Notes under the pieces: model-generated | What the model was told of the DNA's origin: nothing | Databases searched by the model: none | The model's input: the letters and a program-made list of their open reading frames with translations, nothing else | UHGV virus genome: UHGV-0217460 | From: a virus | Strand: one strand, 5' to 3' | DNA length: 44,522 bases | Made by a program: the position numbers and the translations under genes | In this document: piece after piece, positions 7,181 through 16,993 of the stretch | Position numbering within the stretch: the first letter of the stretch is position 1 | Layout: the number at the start of each line of letters is the position of its first letter

Positions 7181-10039
7181 CTAAACCAGTACAGGATTCT
7201 TTCCCGTTCTTTTCTTTTCCTGACGGACGAATTTAACCGTAGATGCACCCATTTCTTTGCCGTCCAGATAAATGTATCCTACTATATCACCACCACCCAG
7301 GCCACCAGCTTCCTGAAGTGCCTCTTTTAGTGCCTGTTTCATGGTTGACAGCGGAGAGACAACCTCTGTTTCTTTCTTGTTATCTCCCAAGATTGCAGCA
7401 AATTCACCAGCACGAGGCGGAACCACTGTACCAGAAGCAAGGCGGGGAAGTCTGACTTCCTGAAGCTGGAACCCAAAAGTCTTTCCACCAATCTCCGGGA
7501 TCCAGTCAGGCACATCAAAACTGACCCTATTCAATGCTCTGACAATATAATTCACTGCATTCTCTGCAATGGATACAATGCCATTGAAAACACCTTTAAA
7601 GATATCCTTAATACCTTCCCAGGCTTTTCCCCAATCTCCGGAGAATGTTCCATTGATAAATGTTATGAGGCCGTTTACTGCCTGTTTGAGGCTTTCTATG
7701 ACCTCATTCAAGCTGGGAAGCATATCTGTGATACCCTTTTTCAATCCTTCAATCAGATATCCGCCCATTTCTGCCATAACAGTTGACGGGCTATGTATAC
7801 CAAATGCATCTTTAAAGCCATTTAGGAACGGCTGGAATACATGTTCTTTGATCCAATTCCCTATGTCCTTAACTGCATCTATGATACCATTAAGGATACC
7901 TGCCCCCCAGTCTCCACCAGCCTGCTTTGCGTACTCTGTAAAGTAGCTCTTCATACTCTCTATAGAGTCATGGAACAGACCATAAAGGAACTCGCCTAAT
8001 GATGCAAGGGCCGCTCCTAACCCATAAAACAGGCTAGCAGCAATTCCTGCATAGTCTATAGTGGCAAGTCCCTCGGCTATCTTTTCACCGGCCTCTTGCC
8101 AGTCTGTTTCTATCAATGCCGCACTGATACCATCACATATACCTTTTGCAAGCCTGCTTATAGCTTGTGCGTAGCTTTTAAGGTCAATATTTGCAATAGC
8201 TCCATTAATGCCTTTTCCCAAGGCAGTTCCCGCTTTAGACCAGTCAAAGGTTGTTACAAATCCTAATAATGTTTGAAATACAATATTAAACTTTGCTACA
8301 AACAGCTTTCCCAGGTTTTCCCAGTTTACTTCATCAACAAAACCGTTAAAGCCCTCTGCAATCTTGCTTCCAAGTTGTACCCAGTCAATACCATCAACCA
8401 GAAGATTTAATGTATTCACAAGGGTATTTAAACCAGCGCCTACCGTCCTTCCCATTAAGTCCCAGTCAATATTTTTGACCAGGCTGTTAAATGTCTGTGT
8501 AAAGGCATTTACAAAAGCTGTGATCTTTGGTCCTACATGATCCCAGTTAATAGCATCATAGACTTTCTGAAGACCTGCATTGATCCCCTGAGCCAGATAT
8601 GCGCCTAATCCGGTCCAGTCCTGGGCCTTGATCAGGCTGCGGATCTTATCAGCCATGCCCTTGATCGAACTTTCAATAGGTGTAGTCTCAAACATCTGGG
8701 ATGGGGATACGCCACCGTCTCCACCACTTCCGGAAGAAGAATCTGCTTTCTTAACATTTAATTTGTCAAATGCGGCCAGTTCTCCCTCTGCTTCCTTGGC
8801 AGCACTTCCAGTCTTTTTTAGAGACTTAGCATAATCCTGCTGTACCTTTGTAGCTTTTACTACTGTGCTTTTTCCGGTCAGTGCTGCCATAAACTGAGCA
8901 ATGGCCGTTACTGCGGTATTAAGCAGTCCGATCAAGTAATTAAGCGCCGGAGCTACTGCAGATAATATGGGCGCAAATGCTGTTGCAAAACTGTTCTTAA
9001 GCTGTGTCATGGAAGACATCAGACTGGAAATATCTTTATTGGTTGATCCAGAATATTGCGCCAGGTTCTTAAAACCTTCAACAACAGCACTTCTCATCTT
9101 GCCGAACAGTGCATACAATGTCCGGATACCCAAGCCATACTTAACCAGATTTTTCAGGCTTAATGTAGTCTTATTCGCAGATTTATGGATTCCAAACATA
9201 CCGGTAGTCATCTTTACAAGCCCGTTTAAGATCGGCTTACCTACCAGTTTTCCAAGGCTTACAGATGCCTTTGCCGCCAAGGAGGCTATGTTTTTAATTC
9301 CTTTTGCTGCTGTTTTCAGTATCCCGCCAGACAGCATTTTGACACCTAAGCCCAGAGAGTGGAATCCCTGTTTAACTCTGTCAAGTGTTCCTCCATAATC
9401 TGAAGTTTCTCCTTTTGCCGCTGCCAGACTTCCGCCATATTCCTGTATCTTCTGTTTAAGAGCCATAAAGGACGTATTCACCCGGTTATTGACATCAGCA
9501 AGCTTCTGTTGCTCTGTTTCCAGCTGGGCTGCTGCCTTCTGAGCGGCAGGTGTATCCGCCCCAGAAGTAAATGCACCGCCACTTTTTTCAAGATCTTCTT
9601 TTTCGGCCTTTGCGTACTCAAGGGTCTTTTTCAGCTGTTCAATTTCGTATTGCATGCCAGCATAAGCTTTGCTGTTCGTTTTGCCTCCAGTGTTTACAAA
9701 TTTTTCCTGGCGTTCATTTAATGCTGCGAGTTTCTTTTCCGTCTCTGCTATCTGCTTCTGGATCTCTGCATATTCTTCTGTAGGGATCTTCTGGGAGTTA
9801 AATTCTTCTATTTTCTTTTTCAGGGCTTCAACCCGTTTTTCCTGTGCCGCATACTGCGCATTTAACTTTGAAAAGGAATCCAACTGTTTCTGAAGCGCTA
9901 TCTTAGATTTATCTCCAATATCACTGACTGTCTTTGCCATGCGTTTGGCAGCAAGTTCTATATCTTTAGATCCGGCTTTAAAGCCATCTTCCGAAATTGT
10001 GGTATCAATCAGTATTGTTCCGTCTGCCTGCACGCTCAT
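7181..10039 (-). CDS. Tail tape measure protein
   Basis: 952 aa with long coiled-coil N-terminus, Gly-rich TM-like middle section and repeated W/F-rich motifs. Lies after the chaperone genes. A GTG at 10033 is a possible true start. Confidence 0.8.
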   Translation of the reverse strand: MSVQADGTILIDTTISEDGFKAGSKDIELAAKRMAKTVSDIGDKSKIALQKQLDSFSKLNAQYAAQEKRVEALKKKIEEFNSQKIPTEEYAEIQKQIAETEKKLAALNERQEKFVNTGGKTNSKAYAGMQYEIEQLKKTLEYAKAEKEDLEKSGGAFTSGADTPAAQKAAAQLETEQQKLADVNNRVNTSFMALKQKIQEYGGSLAAAKGETSDYGGTLDRVKQGFHSLGLGVKMLSGGILKTAAKGIKNIASLAAKASVSLGKLVGKPILNGLVKMTTGMFGIHKSANKTTLSLKNLVKYGLGIRTLYALFGKMRSAVVEGFKNLAQYSGSTNKDISSLMSSMTQLKNSFATAFAPILSAVAPALNYLIGLLNTAVTAIAQFMAALTGKSTVVKATKVQQDYAKSLKKTGSAAKEAEGELAAFDKLNVKKADSSSGSGGDGGVSPSQMFETTPIESSIKGMADKIRSLIKAQDWTGLGAYLAQGINAGLQKVYDAINWDHVGPKITAFVNAFTQTFNSLVKNIDWDLMGRTVGAGLNTLVNTLNLLVDGIDWVQLGSKIAEGFNGFVDEVNWENLGKLFVAKFNIVFQTLLGFVTTFDWSKAGTALGKGINGAIANIDLKSYAQAISRLAKGICDGISAALIETDWQEAGEKIAEGLATIDYAGIAASLFYGLGAALASLGEFLYGLFHDSIESMKSYFTEYAKQAGGDWGAGILNGIIDAVKDIGNWIKEHVFQPFLNGFKDAFGIHSPSTVMAEMGGYLIEGLKKGITDMLPSLNEVIESLKQAVNGLITFINGTFSGDWGKAWEGIKDIFKGVFNGIVSIAENAVNYIVRALNRVSFDVPDWIPEIGGKTFGFQLQEVRLPRLASGTVVPPRAGEFAAILGDNKKETEVVSPLSTMKQALKEALQEAGGLGGGDIVGYIYLDGKEMGASTVKFVRQEKKRTGKNPVLV

Positions 10040-10045
10040 ACCTCC

Positions 10046-10603
10046 TTACAGCCACTTTTCAAGGTTTGCAATCTCCTGTTTCTGCTCTTCACTCTGGACT
10101 ACCGGCAGCTTAACCAGGTCCAGATTTTCCTTTTCAAATTCCTTCTCCCATTTTTCCAGCTTTTTATGTCTTGCTTTCTTTTGCCTGATCGATAACACCT
10201 GGGAAAAGAGACCGTCTTCCACTTCCATGAAATATCCCAGGAATGTCCACCAGTGCATGTATTTCTCTGCACGAAGTTCTTTGCCAGCCACTTTATTAAC
10301 AGCTGGCATAATGATAGCTGCATCATGCTGCCAGTCAATGACCTTTTTCTGTGGTCTTCGCTTATCATTCAGACCACCATCTATAAAATCAGCGGCCTTT
10401 TTGCATGCCTCTTCATAGCAGTGTACAGGGATTGTATCCGAATCCACATACAGGATCTGATACATGGCATCCTGCTTTTCATAATCATTCAGATCCGGAT
10501 CCTCGCAGGCTATGAGAATATCCAGTATGACCCGAAAGTCCGACTGGATATTGTAATCAATGCCTTCGATATTTATTACTTTTGGAAGATTATAACCTAT
10601 CAT
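10046..10603 (-). CDS. Tail assembly protein (Gp15-like)
   Basis: Positioned between the major tail and TMP genes. ATGA overlap with the upstream ORF. Confidence 0.5.
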   Translation of the reverse strand: MIGYNLPKVINIEGIDYNIQSDFRVILDILIACEDPDLNDYEKQDAMYQILYVDSDTIPVHCYEEACKKAADFIDGGLNDKRRPQKKVIDWQHDAAIIMPAVNKVAGKELRAEKYMHWWTFLGYFMEVEDGLFSQVLSIRQKKARHKKLEKWEKEFEKENLDLVKLPVVQSEEQKQEIANLEKWL

Positions 10604-11007
10604 TTCTTATACTTGTCCGTGTACTTCTTTACCTTTGCACTAGTCTTCCGTACTCTAACATCCAGCTCTTTTTCAATGAATCCTGCAACAACGCTTAACA
10701 CATATTCACATAAAAGAGTTCCGTCTGGACGTGGGGTAAATGGATTAGCTCCGGCAAACAGAGCTTCTGATGCATTGGTATTTAACAGATAATCAAACTG
10801 CTCTTTTACTTTATCTGAGATGGCATACATCTTATCAATGTCTTCCCCTTCTGGAAGCTGTATTTTCTCAAATTCTGCTGCCACTTTCTCATAGCGTTTT
10901 ACTATATCCAGATCCGCAGGGTTCCAGTAAAATCCGCCTGTCACATTTCCTTTGCTGTCAACAATATCGATCCACTCCCGGTTATCCAGTACCAACTGCT
11001 TTCCCAT
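10600..11007 (-). CDS. Tail assembly chaperone
   Basis: Acidic 135-aa ORF directly after the major tail protein gene. Confidence 0.5.
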   Translation of the reverse strand: MGKQLVLDNREWIDIVDSKGNVTGGFYWNPADLDIVKRYEKVAAEFEKIQLPEGEDIDKMYAISDKVKEQFDYLLNTNASEALFAGANPFTPRPDGTLLCEYVLSVVAGFIEKELDVRVRKTSAKVKKYTDKYKK

Positions 11008-11018
11008 TTAAATCTCCT

Positions 11019-11516
11019 TTAACCTAAATCTGATGGTGTGAATGTTTTCTTGCTTACATCCCATGTACCTTTAACCCTGTTTCCAGCTTTGTACACAGTA
11101 AATGGAGTCTGTATGCCGGATGTATCGCCGCCTACACTGTTCGGGATTAAGTAAACATCTTCTCTATAAGCCCATACTACAGTAGGCGCAGCATCCTCGG
11201 TTAATCCTGGCTTTAACAGCACATCAACCATAGTGGTCTTGCACTTATCGCCTGTGGCTCTTGTATTGGCCAGATCCATGATCTTGTTGCTAAGGGTATC
11301 GTCATAATCTTCGTAGTAAAAAGGATCTACATCTGACTGTACTTCATAGCCTGAGTGCTGCACTGACTGTTCGCCTAAGATGTTTTTAGTAACCTCAACA
11401 TCAGGGTTCAGCTCTTCATTGTACTCTTCCAGGTTTTTTCCGATTCTTACATAAGTCGGAGTTGATGTGCTAAAGGCTGCGTCAATGTAATGCGCCAAGT
11501 ACTTACGTTCAATCAT
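11019..11516 (-). CDS. Major tail protein (siphovirus type)
   Basis: 165 aa, in the major tail protein position upstream of the chaperones and TMP. Confidence 0.6.
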   Translation of the reverse strand: MIERKYLAHYIDAAFSTSTPTYVRIGKNLEEYNEELNPDVEVTKNILGEQSVQHSGYEVQSDVDPFYYEDYDDTLSNKIMDLANTRATGDKCKTTMVDVLLKPGLTEDAAPTVVWAYREDVYLIPNSVGGDTSGIQTPFTVYKAGNRVKGTWDVSKKTFTPSDLG

Positions 11517-11537
11517 GCTATCATTTCCTTTCTATGG

Positions 11538-12035
11538 TTAAAATTCTATGTCATTTGTATACTGAACTGTTACCGGCAGTACCCAATCCTGTACTGCGTT
11601 TTCATTTGGCTCCAGTCCGTATGAGTTATCGCGAGTGATTCGTTTTATAACCCGGCCTTCTGACAATGCCGGGAAAGTCGTAAGACGCGTTTGAGCACCA
11701 TTTATTACTACCGGTTCATGGCACAGCCACTTCCCAAGAGTGTCGAGGAACTCTTGGGCGCTAAGCTTTAGCCTCTCTTTATTTGAGGCCGTCCGGTATA
11801 CAACATAAAACGGGTACTGGCACTTTTGATGCCTGCCGCCGCATACGTCTTCAGTTTCGGCGTACACCAATGCGCCGTTATCAGCCGAAAAGGCTAATCC
11901 AGAGTCTTTAGTAAGCTCTTCAAATTTAATGATTTCACCATCCTTAAGACCTGGATATTGATTTAAAAGCGATTTAACGGCACGTGTCAAAATCTCATAC
12001 CCGCTGGCATCCATGCCGATTGGCTTACTATCCAT
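11538..12035 (-). CDS. Head-tail joining/tail completion protein (minor capsid protein family)
   Basis: Position between head-closure and major tail genes. Confidence 0.45.
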   Translation of the reverse strand: MDSKPIGMDASGYEILTRAVKSLLNQYPGLKDGEIIKFEELTKDSGLAFSADNGALVYAETEDVCGGRHQKCQYPFYVVYRTASNKERLKLSAQEFLDTLGKWLCHEPVVINGAQTRLTTFPALSEGRVIKRITRDNSYGLEPNENAVQDWVLPVTVQYTNDIEF

Positions 12036-12519
12036 GTTTTCCTCCTCCGGCTATGCGTTTAACGTCTTTAATCCATGTCTTTCCGTCCGCTTCTTTTGCA
12101 GCATCAAACCAGTGATCTTGCGCTTTAGGATGTGCCTGATGCGTGTAAGATATGTTTTCTCGCACATTTGTCTTGCCAGTGTATTCACTTACAAGTACCT
12201 TCCGCGCTCCACGCCTCGCCCGAGGTGATCCAGTCTTTTCGTCCACCATGACTTTACCCTCGTACAGGTATCTGCCTTGTGGGCCATAAGCAGCAAATAC
12301 TTTTCCAGTTCCCTGTTCCGCAGCACTAGCGGCTCTGGTTGTGTTTATAAAGCTGCTTGTAACCATTGGCATAAAGGGTACCATGCTGTTCATGACAGCG
12401 CCGTCAAGATGGTATTGTGCCCGCCTGTATTGCACTTCAAAACGGTCATATCCTATCTTTACGTGTACATCCCCATCAACAACGGAAAAACCCTTAAAAT
12501 GTCGTGTCTTTGAGCTCAT
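12028..12519 (-). CDS. Head-tail joining protein (minor capsid protein family)
   Basis: Position. Overlapping start/stop with its neighbours. Confidence 0.45.
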   Translation of the reverse strand: MSSKTRHFKGFSVVDGDVHVKIGYDRFEVQYRRAQYHLDGAVMNSMVPFMPMVTSSFINTTRAASAAEQGTGKVFAAYGPQGRYLYEGKVMVDEKTGSPRARRGARKVLVSEYTGKTNVRENISYTHQAHPKAQDHWFDAAKEADGKTWIKDVKRIAGGGKHG

Positions 12520-13023
12520 TTACTTACCTAAAATTTCAAAATGAGGGATAACGGTATACGGACCACCTACACTGCTGACCTTATAAACATTATCCCTTTG
12601 GGTGTTCATATACTGATAAAATCCGCCAAGGTAATCATCATCCGTTACCGTTCCGCCCGTCCATTCTCCAAGCCAAAAAAAGTCATCTGGTCCAAATGTT
12701 AGGCGCTCTGGCAGGTCATCATTGACTTGTCTACTCCACTCTTTTGGTGCTAACCATAGCATAAAGCTGTCACCGCTTTGCCGTACCATCACATTGTCAC
12801 CGTCCGGAATGTAAGATATATGCAGCACAGCATTGTCAGAGCTGTCGGGACCGTATTTTTTTAAGATAGCGCCATGATCCGTTATCAGATCAACGCCAGG
12901 AAGGACATGCGGATACCAGTACACCTTGCCGGTTGTCGAGGATTCATAGTAGTTAAAAACCGTCACTGTTTTGTCATACATAATATTTACCACCCTGATA
13001 TAACGTTTCGTACTCTGTTCCAT
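12520..13023 (-). CDS. Head closure/minor capsid protein
   Basis: Position in the connector region. Confidence 0.45.
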   Translation of the reverse strand: MEQSTKRYIRVVNIMYDKTVTVFNYYESSTTGKVYWYPHVLPGVDLITDHGAILKKYGPDSSDNAVLHISYIPDGDNVMVRQSGDSFMLWLAPKEWSRQVNDDLPERLTFGPDDFFWLGEWTGGTVTDDDYLGGFYQYMNTQRDNVYKVSSVGGPYTVIPHFEILGK

Positions 13024-13071
13024 ACGGCTTTCCCTTATCGCTCATACCACTTGCTGATCCGCGGCCACCCA

Positions 13072-13371
13072 TTACTTATTTATGCTCTGCTTATATACCT
13101 GGTTCACTCCTGTGGCTGCCAGTCCATTGAACATTCCCACAGCAACCGCTGTAATGTAGTCCGATGCCGGGAAATCTGGAATAATTCCCATTCCGACTGC
13201 TCCGAGAATTCCGCCAATAACTGCCATGATTACCGGAATCCATTCATCAGAGATTCTTTTTGATGCTTTGCAGCCCATTCCCACGATGTAGCAAATCATA
13301 ACGATTGCTATACATGAGCCAAGCGTTGAAATGTCCATATGATCACACTCCTTTATAAAACGGGTTTGCAT
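13072..13371 (-). CDS. Holin-like small membrane protein (phage_holin_4_1/LL-H-like)
   Basis: Hydrophobic segments and the motif GLAATGVNQ resemble LL-H/S. thermophilus phage holins. It is misplaced within the connector genes. Confidence 0.45.
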   Translation of the reverse strand: MQTRFIKECDHMDISTLGSCIAIVMICYIVGMGCKASKRISDEWIPVIMAVIGGILGAVGMGIIPDFPASDYITAVAVGMFNGLAATGVNQVYKQSINK

Positions 13372-13592
13372 TTGTCAGACCATTCCTTTTCTGGGTAATG
13401 GCTAACAAATCTGTTACACTCATCCCGACCTTTTATATGCGTAAAGAAATATTTCCCACATTCCGTACATTTTCTTTGGATTTCTAAAGATCTTATATCA
13501 TTGCCATTTGGTCCGTGCGTCCAGTGCCAGCAGATCACTTCGCTGTTCTTATGTTTGCAAAGTATTTTTCTTAAAAATCCTTTCATGCTCAC
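13353..13592 (-). CDS. Small Cys/His-rich (Zn-binding) hypothetical protein
   Basis: C..C.H...CTEC..C pattern. Adjacent to the holin-like gene. Confidence 0.4.
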   Translation of the reverse strand: MSMKGFLRKILCKHKNSEVICWHWTHGPNGNDIRSLEIQRKCTECGKYFFTHIKGRDECNRFVSHYPEKEWSDKCKPVL

Positions 13593-14083
13593 ACCCCCGC
13601 ATATAATATCGGCATTCCATCATCTGTCCTTACTCCCATCAGAAGCGGTAAAGCTGTCTTTAAGAGTAAGTCGTTCGTTTTCTGTATATCTCCGGCGGCG
13701 GCATATACCGCACTCCATTCCTTTGCACTCGCTCCAATCTGCTGTGGCGTTGCGTAAGAGATGGATTCACTGCCGGATGATACAGATGTTACAATGCCTG
13801 TTGATTTGCCACCGGCATTTGTGTCGGTCGCACTTGCTGATGCCTGATTGATTGCATTCTTTTCAGCAAGTTCAATCTGATACATTAATTCAGCCAATGA
13901 ACAGACCGCCTTTTTTATACGTTTCTGCTGCCGATCATCGGACGGTAATCCGTCTGCCAACCGGTCAAATGTCAAGCTGTCAATAAAGTCACTTGCTCTC
14001 TCAGACATCCTCATAAAATCAGATTCCGGCACGACATTGCCGAAAAATGATTTTTGGTAAAACTCATAATCTACATATGCCAT
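13589..14083 (-). CDS. Head-tail connector (gp6-like) protein
   Basis: Position right after the capsid gene. Size and N-terminus are typical of the family. Confidence 0.5.
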   Translation of the reverse strand: MAYVDYEFYQKSFFGNVVPESDFMRMSERASDFIDSLTFDRLADGLPSDDRQQKRIKKAVCSLAELMYQIELAEKNAINQASASATDTNAGGKSTGIVTSVSSGSESISYATPQQIGASAKEWSAVYAAAGDIQKTNDLLLKTALPLLMGVRTDDGMPILYAGV

Positions 14084-14098
14084 GCCGGAACCTCCTCA

Positions 14099-15265
14099 TT
14101 ACTGTGCGGTTACAGTCGTATGACCTGCGCTCAGCGCTTTATATGTGCTGTCGCACTCAACTACAGTGATAACCTGGCCGTTGGCCGCTGTGATATCGCT
14201 CTTGCCGTCCCATGCGCTCCAGTTTTTCACATTCTGTCCATACTCTACAGTGGTCTCAGAAGATGCCACTTTGTACTTATAGACGTTACCAGCGTTGCCC
14301 TTTTCCGGATTAACAGTAATCTTTGTGGTACCGCTGGATGATCCAGCTGTAGACTGTACAGTCAGATCGCCAAGAGTCTGAGATGCCCCAAATGTAATCA
14401 CAGAAATAGCATCCAGATACTCAGCAAACAGCACCATACCCATGATTGCGAATGCCTCAGATACAGCAGTGCTGTAGTTGCCCTGAGTATGGAAGCCGAT
14501 CAGATTGGTTTCGCCGGACACTGTATAGGAGAGCCCAGCACGTGCAAAGTCTGAATCGCTCGGATCAACATAGTAAAGAACAATGTTGTCTACCGGTGTA
14601 GCGATTACCTTGCCACGCGGGATCTCGCTGTCGGACAGCAGGAACACAGTATTAAATCCCATAAAATCTTTCATATACTGGAATCCGAACTGGTTCTGAA
14701 TAGTGATATTTGCAGCGCCAAGATACTCATATACGTCAAGGATGTTTACAAAGCCTGCAATACCATTCGGAATGGAACGATGCATGTTTTTGAATTTGTC
14801 CTCAACGCGGCCTTTTGCCATAGCAAGAGCCATCTGGAAAGTGTTCTCGGTAGAGGTAAGGGTACCGGTCTTAAGATAAGTGTAAAATCTTCCGGTTACA
14901 TCCGTCTGGAGCTGGAAGAGGAACTCTTCGTCTGTCAGCTCTACAGCCACATCGTAGCCATAAGTCTTGATTGCCTCGATGGATACAGCCTTTGCGTACT
15001 TCTCCACATCCATTTCAGCATACTCTTTTTCTTTTACATCGAATTTGGAGTACGGAATTTCCTCTCCCTCTGCGACCTTACCGCTCTGTAAAGTTCCGGT
15101 TGCATATTTGGATTTCAGAGTTGATCCCGGCTCTTTCTTTATCATTCTCAGCACGCCAAGGATTTCTGATAAGTGCTCCCAGTTACGTTCAAATCTGGTT
15201 ACAAAATCCACCTCTCTCGCGCGTACCTGAATATTTTCTGTTTTTATAAGATTTGCTTTTGCCAT
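14099..15265 (-). CDS. Major capsid protein with C-terminal Ig-like domain
   Basis: Lies after the scaffold gene. ATG MAKANL with RBS AAAGGG (the TTG at 15307 is less likely). C-terminal Thr/Ser-rich beta-rich region. Confidence 0.7.
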   Translation of the reverse strand: MAKANLIKTENIQVRAREVDFVTRFERNWEHLSEILGVLRMIKKEPGSTLKSKYATGTLQSGKVAEGEEIPYSKFDVKEKEYAEMDVEKYAKAVSIEAIKTYGYDVAVELTDEEFLFQLQTDVTGRFYTYLKTGTLTSTENTFQMALAMAKGRVEDKFKNMHRSIPNGIAGFVNILDVYEYLGAANITIQNQFGFQYMKDFMGFNTVFLLSDSEIPRGKVIATPVDNIVLYYVDPSDSDFARAGLSYTVSGETNLIGFHTQGNYSTAVSEAFAIMGMVLFAEYLDAISVITFGASQTLGDLTVQSTAGSSSGTTKITVNPEKGNAGNVYKYKVASSETTVEYGQNVKNWSAWDGKSDITAANGQVITVVECDSTYKALSAGHTTVTAQ

Positions 15266-15326
15266 AAAAGTTAAGCCCTTTCTGCCCGTAATTTGGGCGC
15301 CAGTCAAATCACTGGATTAACAACGA

Positions 15327-15962
15327 TCACTCAAACAGTGACATGTTGCTTGCAATTGCAGCCTGCCGTTCGCTTGCATCTTTGATGTCCATGATTTCTT
15401 TTTTGGTCATCTTTCCACCCGGATGATTATTGCGGGTTATCCCCGTTGTAAATCTCGCCTGATTCTGCATAGCGGTCTGCTGATTTTCATCAACAAATGC
15501 AGATGCATCGTCTTTCTTCATCTGATCCAGCAGATCATTAAGACCCAGAATCTTTCCATCCTTAAGCTTAAGACCAGCTGCTTTGATGTCTGCCATTACA
15601 GCCTTTTTAGCAGCCTCGGAAGAAAATTTAACTTCCTCCAGCGCAGATTTGAGTGAATCCGCAAAATCTCTTTCGTAGATTTTGTCTTTAAAGTCTTTCT
15701 CTGCATTTTCTGCCTTCTGTTTCCATGTAGCAAGCTCTGTTTTGATATTCTCCGGGTCGATTCCGTCAAAATTCTTGAGTGTAGCTTCTGCCGTTTCTGC
15801 ACGGATCTTCCAATTATCACGCTCATTTTCGACCTTTGACAGTGTTTTAGAAACTTCTCCGGCATTCTTGTAATGCTCAGACAATGCCTTTTTTACATCT
15901 GCCTGCTTATCTTCTGGAATGTCAATACCAAATGATTTGAGTGTTTCAATGAGTTTCTGCAT
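15327..15962 (-). CDS. Scaffolding protein
   Basis: Highly charged helical 211 aa with RBS AAGGAGG, placed upstream of the capsid gene. Confidence 0.7.
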   Translation of the reverse strand: MQKLIETLKSFGIDIPEDKQADVKKALSEHYKNAGEVSKTLSKVENERDNWKIRAETAEATLKNFDGIDPENIKTELATWKQKAENAEKDFKDKIYERDFADSLKSALEEVKFSSEAAKKAVMADIKAAGLKLKDGKILGLNDLLDQMKKDDASAFVDENQQTAMQNQARFTTGITRNNHPGGKMTKKEIMDIKDASERQAAIASNMSLFE

Positions 15963-16039
15963 AGTATCCTCCTTGGCCGTGTTTATTGACCTGCCGCCGC
16001 AGGTAGTGGATTAAGCCCGATAGACCACGGGCGGGGTAA

Positions 16040-16113
16040 TGGACCGCCAGGGATTTGAACCCCGGACCATCCGGTTATGAACCGGACGCTCTGACCATCT
16101 GAGCTAGCGGTCC
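16040..16113 (-). tRNA. tRNA-Met (anticodon CAT), phage-encoded
   Basis: 74-nt cloverleaf read by eye: acceptor GGACCGC/GCGGTCC, D-stem GCTC/GAGC, anticodon stem TCCGG/CCGGA with loop TTCATAA, T-arm GGGG-TTCAAAT-CCCT. G1-C72 pair argues for an elongator rather than an initiator. CCA is not encoded. Confidence 0.8.
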
Positions 16114-16116
16114 TAA

Positions 16117-16146
16117 AATGCCTGGCATGATTACATACCAGGCATT
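16117..16146 (-). terminator. Hairpin (terminator/processing site) between accessory unit and tRNA
   Basis: 9-bp stem aatgcctgg/ccaggcatt with a short U-tract on the minus strand. It directly abuts the tRNA 5' end. Confidence 0.4.
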
Positions 16147-16441
16147 TGCAAGTGGAAAACAAAAACTCTGCTTAGAGCAGCAGAATCCTCGCTGCGGTCG
16201 TAAGCCGCATTAACAGCCTATCAGCTACGAGGTGAAAGGAGGAAATTCAAGGCCAGTCAAAGCACTTGAATTTTGATCTGGCAATGCGCACGCCGGAAAT
16301 CGCATCCGCTTTTCAACCTCCAGGGAAAGCCCCCTGTTTATATTAAGGACGTGCGCGGGAGGTGTGTGTAAATAATAAGAAAATCAATCATCCTGCACAT
16401 TTTTAGTGTACCACTTATCTGTATGTCAGTTATCCACACAT

Positions 16442-16984
16442 CTACAGCATATCTCTAAGCTTATCAACATAACGCTTCACAAGGTCTCGCTCTTCGCGAC
16501 ATTCTGCGTCCTTTGACATATCCCCGATTTCTGCTGTAAGTCCATCCAAATGTTCCTCTAATGCGGCCAGCATCTTACGCTTACAGTCCTCTGATTTGCC
16601 GGATCGATAGCTCTGCTTTTGCGTCATGTAATCATCATAAGCATCTCGACCATCGCTCCGGCTGTAATGTCCACGCACATAATGCTCACCGCGGCGCATA
16701 TAGGATGAACCGCGGTCATAATCTGGCATTCGGCCATCAGAAGCGCTATAACGCCCCATATTATCACGTCCGCGGCGCTCGCTGTAGTCACCTACACGCA
16801 TCTGTTCCAAAACGGTCATATAATATTCACCCTTTTTATCCCAATACTCTGTGTTTTTAATGTCTTTATACATATCAATCAGCTTAAAAGCCGTGTCCAG
16901 ATTGCCGGAGGTGAGGCCTTTTTCAGCAATGTTAGATATCTCATCTTCAATACGTGCACATAAATCTTTAACATCTCTCATCAT
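16442..16984 (-). CDS. Hypothetical protein with Arg/Asp/Tyr-rich low-complexity core
   Basis: ORF with low-complexity segment RGRDNMGRYSASDGRMPDYDRGSSYMRRGEHYVRGHYSRSDGRD. Part of the terminator-bounded unit. Confidence 0.5.
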   Translation of the reverse strand: MMRDVKDLCARIEDEISNIAEKGLTSGNLDTAFKLIDMYKDIKNTEYWDKKGEYYMTVLEQMRVGDYSERRGRDNMGRYSASDGRMPDYDRGSSYMRRGEHYVRGHYSRSDGRDAYDDYMTQKQSYRSGKSEDCKRKMLAALEEHLDGLTAEIGDMSKDAECREERDLVKRYVDKLRDML

Positions 16985-16993
16985 CCCACCTCC

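Noticed and set aside
7243-10418. Numerous plus-strand ORFs (e.g. 7569-7946, 8967-9398, 9939-10418) overlapping the tape measure gene
   Set aside because: They are antisense to a long, well-supported minus-strand CDS. They have no RBS, and their sequences are low-complexity mirror images, so they are shadow ORFs.
10600-10603. Possible programmed -1 frameshift between the two tail chaperone ORFs
   Set aside because: The overlap is a simple ATGA stop/start. No slippery heptamer is visible near the end of 10600-11007, and the second ORF has its own ATG. The arrangement was called translational coupling rather than a G/GT frameshift.
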